Assembly (NCBI GenBank): GCA_015064885.1
Contig: SVRJ01000001.1
Coordinates: 33,945 to 97,944, forward strand
Direction of reading: 5' to 3'
Length of the DNA: 64,000 nt
Source: Oscillospiraceae bacterium
Lineage (GTDB): Bacteria; Bacillota; Clostridia; Oscillospirales; CAG-272
Program-made: the position numbers and the translations under genes
Notes under the pieces: model-generated
The model's database searches: none
Seen by the model: the letters and a program-made list of their open reading frames with translations, nothing else
What the model was told of the DNA's origin: nothing
Shown here: positions 48,290 through 57,156 of the stretch, in pieces
How the letters are laid out: each line of letters starts with the position of its first letter
Numbering within the stretch: the first letter of the stretch is position 1

Positions 48290-49915
48290 TTATTTGATAA
48301 ATTCTCTTACGCTTTCCCAGAAGGGGTACGGAGAAACCGGTGTGTCTGCCACCGTTATCATTACAAGCGTCTTTCCCTTGAGCGCAAGTCCGGTGTCGCC
48401 GCTCTTTCCGAGTTCTTCTCCGCTCTTTATGTTCTCACCTACGTTACGCGATGTCTCGCCTAAGGTCACATACCAGGAGCGAAGACCGTATCCGTGATCT
48501 ATTACAACGTATTTTCCAAGATAAGCGCATTCACCGACCGCACACACGACACCGTCGCCCATTGCAGTTATAGAGCTTCCCGCTTTTGCAGTAAAATAAA
48601 CTCCGTCGTTACGCGTTTCTCTCGTGCTTCCCTCAAATCTAAGGAAGAATCCGTACCCTTTATAGAGTGAGAATATCTTTTGATAATCATTTAAGCTTCC
48701 GTTATAGTACAAGGTATTTGAGTCAAGTGCGGCTACCGAAGAAAGCAAGGCCTTATACTCTGCCACCGCATTCTCATTAAGACATGATTCCACGCGGTCT
48801 GCGGATATCTGACTTGACGTAAAAGGACTCGAAACAAGATAGGTCTTCTTGCTTACTGTCAAAGGAATATTTTCAACCTTATCGCCGTAGGTTATTTTCA
48901 AAGTATAGTCTCCGGGCACTGCGTTGTACGAAACCGGAATAAAGGTATAGACATTTGCTCCGTCTCTGTAAAGCTTTACGTCGCAAAGCTCGGGCGTTAT
49001 TCTCGCTGTGATCTCTGTCTCGACCGGAATATTGACACAACTGAGAAGGACAGCAGATCCCGGCTGAGTCTCGCTTGCCGAAAGCTCAAACACCGGATCC
49101 GCAAGCACGTAGGCGTTGAATGAATACGAGGCGTTTCCGTAATAACTCTTATCACTCGCCTGATACCACGTCGCCTTGATCTCTATACACACCGTCTTTG
49201 TTCTGTCTATTATAAACTCTGCAAATGTATATGAATCTCCGGTAAAGATAACGTCTCCGCTCTCTTCCTTTACCGTCACCGTATATTCGTCGGGCTCCTT
49301 TGTAAAGAATATTGACGAAGGACCGCCGTAATTCTTTATAACGTATTCATTTTCGGTAAGAGCGGAGGTATCTATATCGGAATAAGCCCCTCCCTCCATT
49401 TTTATCCTCCATTCGGCGGAAGCGGCAGACACCTCTGTGCCCGAAACGTTAAGCACGGGGATCTCGGAGGCATCGTATATACAAAGAGAGAATTTTGAAG
49501 TAAGAAAGGCATTTCTCGTAGGATCGTCAAGGCAGTACATTCCGTTACCGCCGTCAAAATAAGCAAGATAGCCCATCTCCTTTTTGACGACGTAAACTCT
49601 TGCCGTCTTTTCTCCGTAAGACGTAACGTACCTCACGGTAAAAACGTCTCCGAGTGCCGAAAGCTCTTCATGAGTCTTCTCGCTTTTTTCCGAGAGCTTT
49701 GCAAACGACCTGAAGAGTGCTATCGCATCTTTATGGGTGCTCTCCGCGGAATCGACAAAATAAGAATACTCCTTGGTGTCGGGAGCTGTTACAAGGACAC
49801 TTATCAGCTTCTCCCGTGAATTTTCTTCCTCTATTGCCGCTCGGTAAAAATATACCGAAAGCGCACCCGGAATCACCAGGATCAATATTCCGATTAAAGC
49901 TGCGAGCTTTTTCAT
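48290..49915 (-). CDS. Membrane-anchored protein with a C-terminal LytM/M23-like domain that appears catalytically degenerate
   Basis: N-terminal TM segment (LAALIGILILVIPGALSVYF). The C-terminal GDGVVCAVGECAYLGKYVVIDHGYGLRSWYVTLGE...GKSGDTGLALKGKTLVMITV aligns by eye to the M23 core, but the HxxxD and HxH zinc ligands are replaced. Confidence 0.65.
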   Translation of the reverse strand: MKKLAALIGILILVIPGALSVYFYRAAIEEENSREKLISVLVTAPDTKEYSYFVDSAESTHKDAIALFRSFAKLSEKSEKTHEELSALGDVFTVRYVTSYGEKTARVYVVKKEMGYLAYFDGGNGMYCLDDPTRNAFLTSKFSLCIYDASEIPVLNVSGTEVSAASAEWRIKMEGGAYSDIDTSALTENEYVIKNYGGPSSIFFTKEPDEYTVTVKEESGDVIFTGDSYTFAEFIIDRTKTVCIEIKATWYQASDKSYYGNASYSFNAYVLADPVFELSASETQPGSAVLLSCVNIPVETEITARITPELCDVKLYRDGANVYTFIPVSYNAVPGDYTLKITYGDKVENIPLTVSKKTYLVSSPFTSSQISADRVESCLNENAVAEYKALLSSVAALDSNTLYYNGSLNDYQKIFSLYKGYGFFLRFEGSTRETRNDGVYFTAKAGSSITAMGDGVVCAVGECAYLGKYVVIDHGYGLRSWYVTLGETSRNVGENIKSGEELGKSGDTGLALKGKTLVMITVADTPVSPYPFWESVREFIK

Positions 49916-50114
49916 TACGCTTTTGCCTCTCTTTCAAAAAATAGAATGCCTTCATAATGATTATAACACACAAATCCGATCTTGTCAATAGCAATTATTC
50001 AACTTAATATCGCTCTTTTTGGGTAAAGCTATTGACAAAGCGTCAAAAAAGGTGTAAAATAATATACGTATGTAAACATTCCGAAAAGACGGAAATAAAA
50101 AGGAAGGTACTATC

Positions 50115-51395
50115 ATGGATCTTAACAAAATACTCAATCAACTCAAAAACTGTCCCTGCGGACACGAGCACACTTTTGATACCAAAGTAGTCGAGATCGA
50201 AAGCGGACTTACCGCGCGCACGGGTAAAATACTCAAGGCGGCTTCATTCCCCGAGAAGCTTCTCTTTGTTGCGGACAACAACACACTCAAGGCAGCAGAC
50301 GGTGTTATTGAGGCTCTCGAAGGTGAAGGCTTTGTTCTTAAGAAGATAATCTATAACGATATGAAATACGCAAAGGTAGAGTCGGTAAACGAGCTTAAGG
50401 CTCTCTGCTCTGACGTTGACGGCATAATCTCTGTAGGAACAGGCTCTCTTAACGACATCTGCCGCGTTACCGCACACGATCTTAAAAAGAGATTCTGCAT
50501 TTTTGCTACTGCTCCCTCTATGGACGGATTTGCATCAGATACTGCTCCGATAATAGAAAACAACTTCAAGAACTCCTGGAAGGCAAGCCAGCCCGAGGTC
50601 ATTCTTGCCGATACAAAGATACTTGCTGCTTCCCCCGCGGAGCTCAAGGCGGCAGGATTCGGTGATATGGTAGCAAAGTACATAGGTCTTTGCGACTGGA
50701 GAATAGCAAATCTTCTTATCGACGAATACTACTGCCCGCACGTTGCAAAGCTCACAGAGGACGCTATCGAGAAAATAGTTGCTCTTGCTGACAAGGTTCA
50801 GGGAAATGACGAAGAAGCCGCAGGCGCTATTATGGAAGCTCTCGTTCTTTCGGGACTCGCAATGAAGCTCGCGCTCTCCTCACGTCCCGCATCGGGTGCA
50901 GAGCACGTAGTTTCTCACTACCTTGAGTGCTACAAGCTCGCAAGAGGCATCTGGCCCGAGTTCCACGGCAAGAAGGTAGGCGTTGCGACGGTATTTGTAA
51001 ACAGAATATACAGAAACATCGCAGACAGAGTAACAGAGATAGCTCCCCACGCAGATGATACGGTTTGGGAAGAGGTATACAAGGCATTTGCTCCCGAACA
51101 GCTCGACGAGGTAAAGAAGCTCAACACTCCCACGATCACCGACAAGATAGACGTAGAGCGTCTTAAGAAGAGCTGGCCCGAGATCAGAAAGATCATATAC
51201 GAAACACTTCCCACCGATGAGGATATGATGGCTCTTATGGATAAAGCGGGGGCTCCCTACACACTTGCCGAGATCAACGTTTCAGAGGAGCTGTTCGTTC
51301 AAAGCCTCAGATTCCATCCGTACATGAGATACAGAGTGCTTGTAACAAGACTTATGCCTATGCTCGGTCTTGACATAGCAGACTTCATAAGCTGA
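50115..51395 (+). CDS. Iron-containing alcohol dehydrogenase superfamily protein, sn-glycerol-1-phosphate dehydrogenase (AraM/EgsA)-like
   Basis: GTGSLNDICR, GFGDMVAKYIGLCDWR, SGAEHVVSHYLE blocks. Promoter-like TTGACA-17-TAAAAT at ~50033-50061. Confidence 0.7.
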   Translation: MDLNKILNQLKNCPCGHEHTFDTKVVEIESGLTARTGKILKAASFPEKLLFVADNNTLKAADGVIEALEGEGFVLKKIIYNDMKYAKVESVNELKALCSDVDGIISVGTGSLNDICRVTAHDLKKRFCIFATAPSMDGFASDTAPIIENNFKNSWKASQPEVILADTKILAASPAELKAAGFGDMVAKYIGLCDWRIANLLIDEYYCPHVAKLTEDAIEKIVALADKVQGNDEEAAGAIMEALVLSGLAMKLALSSRPASGAEHVVSHYLECYKLARGIWPEFHGKKVGVATVFVNRIYRNIADRVTEIAPHADDTVWEEVYKAFAPEQLDEVKKLNTPTITDKIDVERLKKSWPEIRKIIYETLPTDEDMMALMDKAGAPYTLAEINVSEELFVQSLRFHPYMRYRVLVTRLMPMLGLDIADFIS

Positions 51396-51397
51396 TA

Positions 51398-52648
51398 ATG
51401 CATACCTGTCACAACGATATCGCAGAGCTCGCCATAGATATAGGTGAAGCACTTCTCATTAACGGAGGAGAGATACACAGAGTAGAGGACACGATATCGA
51501 GAATATGTAAAAGCAAAGGCGCCGTTAAAACCGACGCCTTCTGCATAATCAAGGCTATCGTCGTTACGGTCAAATTCGAAGACGGAACAGTATTCACATC
51601 CTCGCGCAGGATACACACAACGTCCAGTAACTACAAAAGAATAGAACGCCTCAATTCTCTTTCGCGAGAGCTCTGCTCGGGCAGCATTTCGGTCGAAGAC
51701 GCACGCAAAAAGCTGAAAAGGATAAAAGAAGGCTTCAAATGTCCTCTCCAAAAGCTCATAATAGGATACATCCTGTTTGCGTTCTCATGCGCCATGTTTT
51801 TCGGGGGAACCTTCTTTGACGCACTCATGACTATTCCCTGCGCACTCTTTATGACGGCATACACACTCGTCGTCGGTAAGCTCGGAATAAACAAAACGGT
51901 ATACAATTTTATCGCATCCTTTCTGTGCGGTGTAATAATAATGACACTTCCGCTGCTCGGAGCACAAATAAACGCGGGCCACGTTATCACAGGTTCTCTT
52001 ATGCTTCTCATCCCCGGTATTGCACTTTCAAACTCGATAGAGGACCTTCTCATGGGGGATACGACGTCCGGCATACTGAACATATGCGAGTCGGTCCTCG
52101 CCGCATGCGCTATAGCGGCGGGATATGCGCTCGCTATCAAGGTGTTCGGTGTTTCCGACATACTCGGAGTCCCTACCGAGTACACTTGGTACGCACTTCT
52201 GATACTGTCTCTGCTATCGGCATTTTCATATGCGATGGTAGGCAATGCGTCTACTACGCTTTTCCTGTGTATATCTATAGGCGGAGCTCTCAGCTATGCT
52301 ATATACCATTTCACCTTTCTCTTTACGGCAAATGAATTCGGATCTATATTCATAGCGTCTGCACTTACGACTCTCTATTCACGCATATGCGCAATAAAGC
52401 TGAAGTGCCCCACACCTATATTCTCAACCCCATCGCTAATACCGCTCGCTCCCGGAAACGTACTCTATCTTACGATATATCACGCACTCAGAAGCGACTG
52501 GAACAATATGCAGTTCTACTTCCTTAAAACGCTTCTCATAGCCTCGGGAATAGCACTCGGGCTTATGGCGGTAATGTTCCTTTGGGATCTGATCAGCAAT
52601 CTCATAGGATCTGCAAAAGCGGTGAAAAATAAAGAACAAAACACTTAA
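51398..52648 (+). CDS. ThrE-family putative amino-acid exporter (fused DUF1212 plus ThrE_2 halves)
   Basis: AIDIGEALLINGGEIHRVEDTISRI at the N-terminus, ~10 TM helices; starts 3 nt after the preceding stop. Confidence 0.75.
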   Translation: MHTCHNDIAELAIDIGEALLINGGEIHRVEDTISRICKSKGAVKTDAFCIIKAIVVTVKFEDGTVFTSSRRIHTTSSNYKRIERLNSLSRELCSGSISVEDARKKLKRIKEGFKCPLQKLIIGYILFAFSCAMFFGGTFFDALMTIPCALFMTAYTLVVGKLGINKTVYNFIASFLCGVIIMTLPLLGAQINAGHVITGSLMLLIPGIALSNSIEDLLMGDTTSGILNICESVLAACAIAAGYALAIKVFGVSDILGVPTEYTWYALLILSLLSAFSYAMVGNASTTLFLCISIGGALSYAIYHFTFLFTANEFGSIFIASALTTLYSRICAIKLKCPTPIFSTPSLIPLAPGNVLYLTIYHALRSDWNNMQFYFLKTLLIASGIALGLMAVMFLWDLISNLIGSAKAVKNKEQNT

Positions 52649-52652
52649 TAAC

Positions 52653-52687
52653 AAAAAAAGACCCTGATATATCAGGGTCTCTTTTTA
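52653..52687. terminator. Bidirectional terminator
   Basis: AAAAAAAGACCCTGATatATCAGGGTCTCTTTTTATTT. Confidence 0.75.
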
Positions 52688-53182
52688 TTTCTCTGTTTTC
52701 TGATACGCTATTCTCGGGCTTCCGTCGGCTATATATATAATTCCGCAACGTTTAAAGCCGTTCTTTTGGAGAACTCGCTGCATCACCTTGTTATCTCTGT
52801 GGGTATCCGCCCTGAGATTTTTGCATTTTTCATAGCACCACGAAAGGCAGAAGGAGGCGATCCCCTTGACGTTTCCCGCACTTGCTATTCTGTGCAGAAC
52901 ACCGTATGCGAAGGCATTCGGCCACTCTCCGTCTTCTATGTAAGAATACGTAGGGTCCTCTCCCTCCTCATACATAAACACGCATTCAATTTTTTCATCT
53001 TTAAGGCACACAAACGATCTTCCGAGGGAAATATCCTTCTCTATCATATCACGCGAGGGATGGCCTTTTTTCCACTGGGTGGGATTGCCGCTCTCGACCA
53101 TAAATTGCTGAGCGCGCTCATATATCTTCATCACCGTATCAAGCTCGGAGAGCTCGGTCGGTCTTATATACATATCGTTCAT
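52685..53182 (-). CDS. GNAT-family N-acetyltransferase
   Basis: 165 aa with HRIASAGNVKGIASFCLSW...RADTHRDNKVMQRVLQKNGF (acetyl-CoA-binding-like region). Confidence 0.75.
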   Translation of the reverse strand: MNDMYIRPTELSELDTVMKIYERAQQFMVESGNPTQWKKGHPSRDMIEKDISLGRSFVCLKDEKIECVFMYEEGEDPTYSYIEDGEWPNAFAYGVLHRIASAGNVKGIASFCLSWCYEKCKNLRADTHRDNKVMQRVLQKNGFKRCGIIYIADGSPRIAYQKTEK

Positions 53183-54117
53183 ACACGTTCCTTTCGTGAA
53201 AGAGAATCGTTTATAAAATCGGATAGGACCTTTACGACTTTTTCGTTATCAACGAAGAATGATACTCCGTGATCCGCATTGTCAACGATGAGCAGAGTTT
53301 TAGGAGCTCGGCACGCGTCATAGGTCCTTACAGACATCTCATACGGAACGAAGCTGTCCGCCTTTCCGTGAACAAGGAGCACGGGGAGTGTGTTTTTCTC
53401 CATTGCGTCAAGAGTGCTGCACCCCTTTGGATCGAATCCGGCAATCAGCTTTATTGCGGCAGAAAGTACGGGCATAACTATCTTAACCGGATATCCCATC
53501 TCGGCGGCGACCTTGCTTATTATCTCATACGGAGAGGTATATCCGCAATCGGCAATAACTCCGACGACGTTATCGGGCAGATCGAGTCCGGATGCCATCA
53601 GAACGGTAGATGCGCCCATGGATATTCCGTCTATGAACACCTTCTTTTCCGGGAATCTTTCTTTTGCGTATCTGCACCAATCGCGGCAATCAAAACGTTC
53701 CCTCGCACCGTAGGTTATGTACTTACCCTCGCTCATTCCGTGTGAACGCTGATCCACGAGCAATATCGAATATCCGCGATCGTAGTAGAATCTTACCGCA
53801 CCGCTGAAATCGTGTACAGCTCCCGAGCGATAGCCGTGAAAAAGGATAAAAAGAATATCCGTCTTATCGTTATCTATATATACGCCGGAAAGGTTGAGCC
53901 CGTCATGGCTTTTTATGCTGACGCTTTCCTTCTCCTTTGCGTTGGTCCAGTCTATTCCCTCCTTCATTCTGTCGGCAAATTCTCCGGTAAGCTTATACAC
54001 GGAAGGCTTTCCGCGCTTGCACGAAAAATTTACTCCCCACAAAATAAATCCGCACACTCCGACAGTCAGTGCCGCGAGAAGAGCAAGAATAACGTAAAAC
54101 ACTGGCATAACAATCAA
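53179..54117 (-). CDS. Membrane-anchored alpha/beta-fold hydrolase
   Basis: N-terminal TM helix, HGYRS, nucleophile elbow GISMGA, C-terminal HGKADSFVP...ADHG. Confidence 0.8.
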   Translation of the reverse strand: MIVMPVFYVILALLAALTVGVCGFILWGVNFSCKRGKPSVYKLTGEFADRMKEGIDWTNAKEKESVSIKSHDGLNLSGVYIDNDKTDILFILFHGYRSGAVHDFSGAVRFYYDRGYSILLVDQRSHGMSEGKYITYGARERFDCRDWCRYAKERFPEKKVFIDGISMGASTVLMASGLDLPDNVVGVIADCGYTSPYEIISKVAAEMGYPVKIVMPVLSAAIKLIAGFDPKGCSTLDAMEKNTLPVLLVHGKADSFVPYEMSVRTYDACRAPKTLLIVDNADHGVSFFVDNEKVVKVLSDFINDSLSRKERV

Positions 54118-54902
54118 ACGAATATATCAACAGATATATTGTTTTTCCCCTTTCTGCTTATATAGTTTGTTCCTTTGTAAATAAATTTTCCTTTTCCTCT
54201 GACGGATACCGTATCGCCGCATTCAAGCTCTTTTGAGGGCGAGAGGCATTCTCTTTGGTTTACAAACACCTCACCGCTCTTTACAAGCTCGAGAGAATCC
54301 GACCTTGAAAGACCGTATACTGCCGCTATGACCGCGTCGGCTCTGAGAGATGAAACACTGCACGACTTTTCCGAAAGCTGCGGTCCTATCCCCTCGGGAA
54401 GCGTATCGTATCCTCCGAGTATACTGCATTCAAGCTTTTCACTCGCCGCTTTGGTAAGATTCTCGGCAATATATTCCGCCATTCGCTCGGCACAGAATAT
54501 ATACGCCGTATTGTCCTTCAGAAATATGTCGCCGACACATGAGCGTTCTATTCCGAGATTCATAAGCGCACCGAGGTAGTCTCTGTGAGTAAGCTTCCGC
54601 GAAAAGCTCCCGGAAACGGGGCAAGCCATGATCAAAGATATAGGAAAATCCACAGAATATCCGAGGTCCTCCGCGTCACCGAAGCGAAGCATTCTTCTTT
54701 CGCAGAGCTCTGATCCTCCGAAGGCGGTAGGATGAGCATAAGCTATCTCACGGTCAAAGAGTGCTGCGGAAAGCTCGGAAGCATTCAAAAAGTCGGTAAA
54801 AGTAAATGTAGCGGACGAATACGACCTTTCGGCAAGCTCATGAAGTCTGCTTTTGAATATGGCATTCTGCTTCTCGTCCGAATACTTTGTCGTGTCGGAC
54901 AT
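54114..54902 (-). CDS. ylmH: YlmH-like RNA-binding S4-domain protein
   Basis: HRDYLGALMNLGIERSCVGDI and a C-terminal S4-like LRADAVIAAVYGLSRSDSLELVKSGEVFVNQ. Confidence 0.7.
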   Translation of the reverse strand: MSDTTKYSDEKQNAIFKSRLHELAERSYSSATFTFTDFLNASELSAALFDREIAYAHPTAFGGSELCERRMLRFGDAEDLGYSVDFPISLIMACPVSGSFSRKLTHRDYLGALMNLGIERSCVGDIFLKDNTAYIFCAERMAEYIAENLTKAASEKLECSILGGYDTLPEGIGPQLSEKSCSVSSLRADAVIAAVYGLSRSDSLELVKSGEVFVNQRECLSPSKELECGDTVSVRGKGKFIYKGTNYISRKGKNNISVDIFV

Positions 54903-54903
54903 A

Positions 54904-55662
54904 TTATTCTACCTCTCCCGAAAACAGCTCTGCGTAGTATTCGTCGTTGGTATCGTTTCCGTCACCGTAGATCGATATCGGATCACCGAGAAAGGTTGGC
55001 TCGAGCTCAAGGTAGCACGAAAAATGATCCTTGAATCTCGCGAGCACTTCTCTGATATCTCTCTTAAACTGTCCTCTGTATGTATGAAGATCCGCCGAAA
55101 CGCCGTAGGCATCGAGTCCTATATTCTCCGCGATATAAAGAGCTCTGTAAAGATGGTATTCCTGAGTTACCACCACAACTCTTTTATAGTGTGATTCGGT
55201 AAGAAAAACGTCCTTGGCTCTGCACATGGTATCATACGTAGAAAATCCCGCATGATCCATAAAAATATCGTTTTCCGGTATCCCGTTCTCTACGAGATAC
55301 TTTTTCATTATACCGACCTCATTGTATTCGGCTCTTCCGTGATCTCCGCTGACAAGTATCCTGTCGCTGATCCCTGCGTTGTAAAGAGTGATGGCGGTAT
55401 CGAGTCTGTCCCTTAGCATATCACTCGGCTGACCGTTATTTTTAACGTATGCCCCGAGAACTATTATACAGTCAACACCGTAAACGTCACCCATATCCTC
55501 TGCGCTCATAACTCTGTCTTCTGTTCTGCTCTTTACGGCTCCGCTGACAAGAGTGACAGCGAGAAGCACCATAAGTGCAAGAGATGCCAGATATATCCCT
55601 ACAGCCATCGCTGCTTTTTTCATTCCTTTGCTTTTTACAAATGCTTTTATATCAAAACTCAT
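54904..55662 (-). CDS. SanA/YdcF (DUF218) family protein, membrane-anchored
   Basis: TM helix, then DCIIVLGAYV...RLDTAITLYNAGISDRILVSGDHG...E...M. The ATG at 55662 overlaps the radical-SAM gene's 3' end. Confidence 0.78.
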   Translation of the reverse strand: MSFDIKAFVKSKGMKKAAMAVGIYLASLALMVLLAVTLVSGAVKSRTEDRVMSAEDMGDVYGVDCIIVLGAYVKNNGQPSDMLRDRLDTAITLYNAGISDRILVSGDHGRAEYNEVGIMKKYLVENGIPENDIFMDHAGFSTYDTMCRAKDVFLTESHYKRVVVVTQEYHLYRALYIAENIGLDAYGVSADLHTYRGQFKRDIREVLARFKDHFSCYLELEPTFLGDPISIYGDGNDTNDEYYAELFSGEVE

Positions 55663-56575
55663 CAATTTCTATCCTTTCGCTCTTTTTGAATTGCTCCGCG
55701 TCAAAATCAGGCGTAAATCTCTTACTTGCCGATTCTCTCTCCTGAAAGAATCCTTCAAAGCCGAGGTCTGTCACCCTTTTCATAACTCTTCCGTATTCCA
55801 GTCCTGTGATACGGCGATCTATTTCCTTGAAGCGTACCGCTCCATCACCGAGAAACTCGGGAGTATATTGACTCATAAGACTGAGCCTGAGATCATATTT
55901 TCCGAGATATGAGGAAAGCCTGTCTACAAGAGCCAGAGAATCCTTTGAATTTGACGGAAGGCACAAATGCCTTACTATAACTCCTTTTTTTATAAGTCCG
56001 TCCTCTATCACGCATCTTCCCTGCTGAGAAAGCATTTCTTCAAGAGCACGGAACGCGGTCTCCGGATAATTTTTAACGCCGGAGTACTTCACCGCAATAT
56101 CCGGATCGGCATATTTAAGGTCGGGAAGATATACGTCAACAAGACCGTCCAGCATTCTGACAGTATCAACGCTCTCATAAGTGCCCGTGTTATACACGAC
56201 CGGGATCGAGAGTCTGTGCTTTGCTTTTTCAAGCGCTTCGGCAATAACGTACGCATGCGGTGTGGGAGTAACGAGGTTAATATTACACACTCCGCTATCC
56301 TCGACGCGTAAAAAAAGATCCGCAAGCGTTTCTGCGTCAAAGCGTTTTCCCTCCGCCCTTCTGCTTATGCTCTTATTCTGGCAAAATACACATGAAAGAT
56401 TACATCCGCCGAAGAATATTGCGCCCGAGCCGTCGCTTCCGCTTATAACCGGCTCCTCATAAAAGTGCTTGCACACGTGAGAGACAACGGCATCTCTGCC
56501 CGCACCGCAAAATCCGCATTCGTCTTTGCTTCTGTCCACCCTGCATTCTCTTGGGCATATGCTGCACGAGATCAT
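55652..56575 (-). CDS. Radical SAM protein (PflX-type putative activating enzyme)
   Basis: CNLSCVFCQN CxxxCxxC cluster motif plus N-terminal CSICPRECRVDR...CGFCG cysteines. Confidence 0.85.
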   Translation of the reverse strand: MISCSICPRECRVDRSKDECGFCGAGRDAVVSHVCKHFYEEPVISGSDGSGAIFFGGCNLSCVFCQNKSISRRAEGKRFDAETLADLFLRVEDSGVCNINLVTPTPHAYVIAEALEKAKHRLSIPVVYNTGTYESVDTVRMLDGLVDVYLPDLKYADPDIAVKYSGVKNYPETAFRALEEMLSQQGRCVIEDGLIKKGVIVRHLCLPSNSKDSLALVDRLSSYLGKYDLRLSLMSQYTPEFLGDGAVRFKEIDRRITGLEYGRVMKRVTDLGFEGFFQERESASKRFTPDFDAEQFKKSERIEIDEF

Positions 56576-56624
56576 TTTGCTCTCCCTCCGTTAACACAAA
56601 AAACGCTGAAAATCCTTATAACCA

Positions 56625-56653
56625 CTTGACATTCCGAAAAAAAAATGATATAA
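56625..56653 (+). promoter_or_regulatory. Promoter of rnpB (TTGACA-17-TGaTATAAT)
   Basis: cacTTGACAttccgaaaaaaaaatgaTATAATatt; the -10 ends 6 nt before the P1 5' end. Confidence 0.65.
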
Positions 56654-56659
56654 TATTAC

Positions 56660-57017
56660 GGCAAACCAAACCAAACGGTCGCGCGGCATAAGATCGAAAG
56701 GTAATGCCGTGAGGAAAGTCCGAGCTTCACAGGGCAGGATAACTGATAACGTCAGCCGGAGGCGACTCCCGGGCAAGTGCAACAGAAATATACCGCCGAA
56801 CTTTTTCGGTAAGGATGGAAAGGCGAGGTAAGAGCTCACCCAAAGCATAGGTAACTATGCTTTGCTGTAAACCCTATCCGAAGCAACACCGCATATGGAT
56901 CGTTCGCCCGACACATATCCATGGGTGGCACGGAGCTATGCTCCGAAGCTGTCTGGTGACAGGCAGCGAAGATAGATGACCGTTCTCGACAAAACTCGGC
57001 TTATAGGTTTGATTTGC
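56660..57017 (+). ncRNA. rnpB: RNase P RNA (bacterial, type A-like)
   Basis: GAGGAAAGTCCGAGC...CAGGGCAGG...AGTGCAACAGAAA...ACAAAACTCGGCTTATAG universal blocks. P1 pairs GCAAACCAAACC (56660-71) with GGTTTGATTTGC (57006-17). Confidence 0.9.
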
Positions 57018-57018
57018 A

Positions 57019-57043
57019 AAGCTGCCATGCGGCAGCTTTTTTT
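57019..57043 (+). terminator. Intrinsic terminator of rnpB
   Basis: AGCTGCCatgcGGCAGCTTTTTTT. Confidence 0.8.
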
Positions 57044-57122
57044 ATATTATATCAGCAAACGCTTTATTTTTCAAGTTTATATTATAACGAAATTATTAAA
57101 TGGAATGTAAATATTGTACGAT

Positions 57123-57152
57123 AAAAAAGAAGCCGCAGGGTGCGGCTTCTTT
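57123..57152. terminator. Hairpin terminator after the esterase gene (T-runs on both strands)
   Basis: AAAAAAGAAGCCGCAgggTGCGGCTTCTTTTATTTT. Confidence 0.7.
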
Positions 57153-57156
57153 TATT

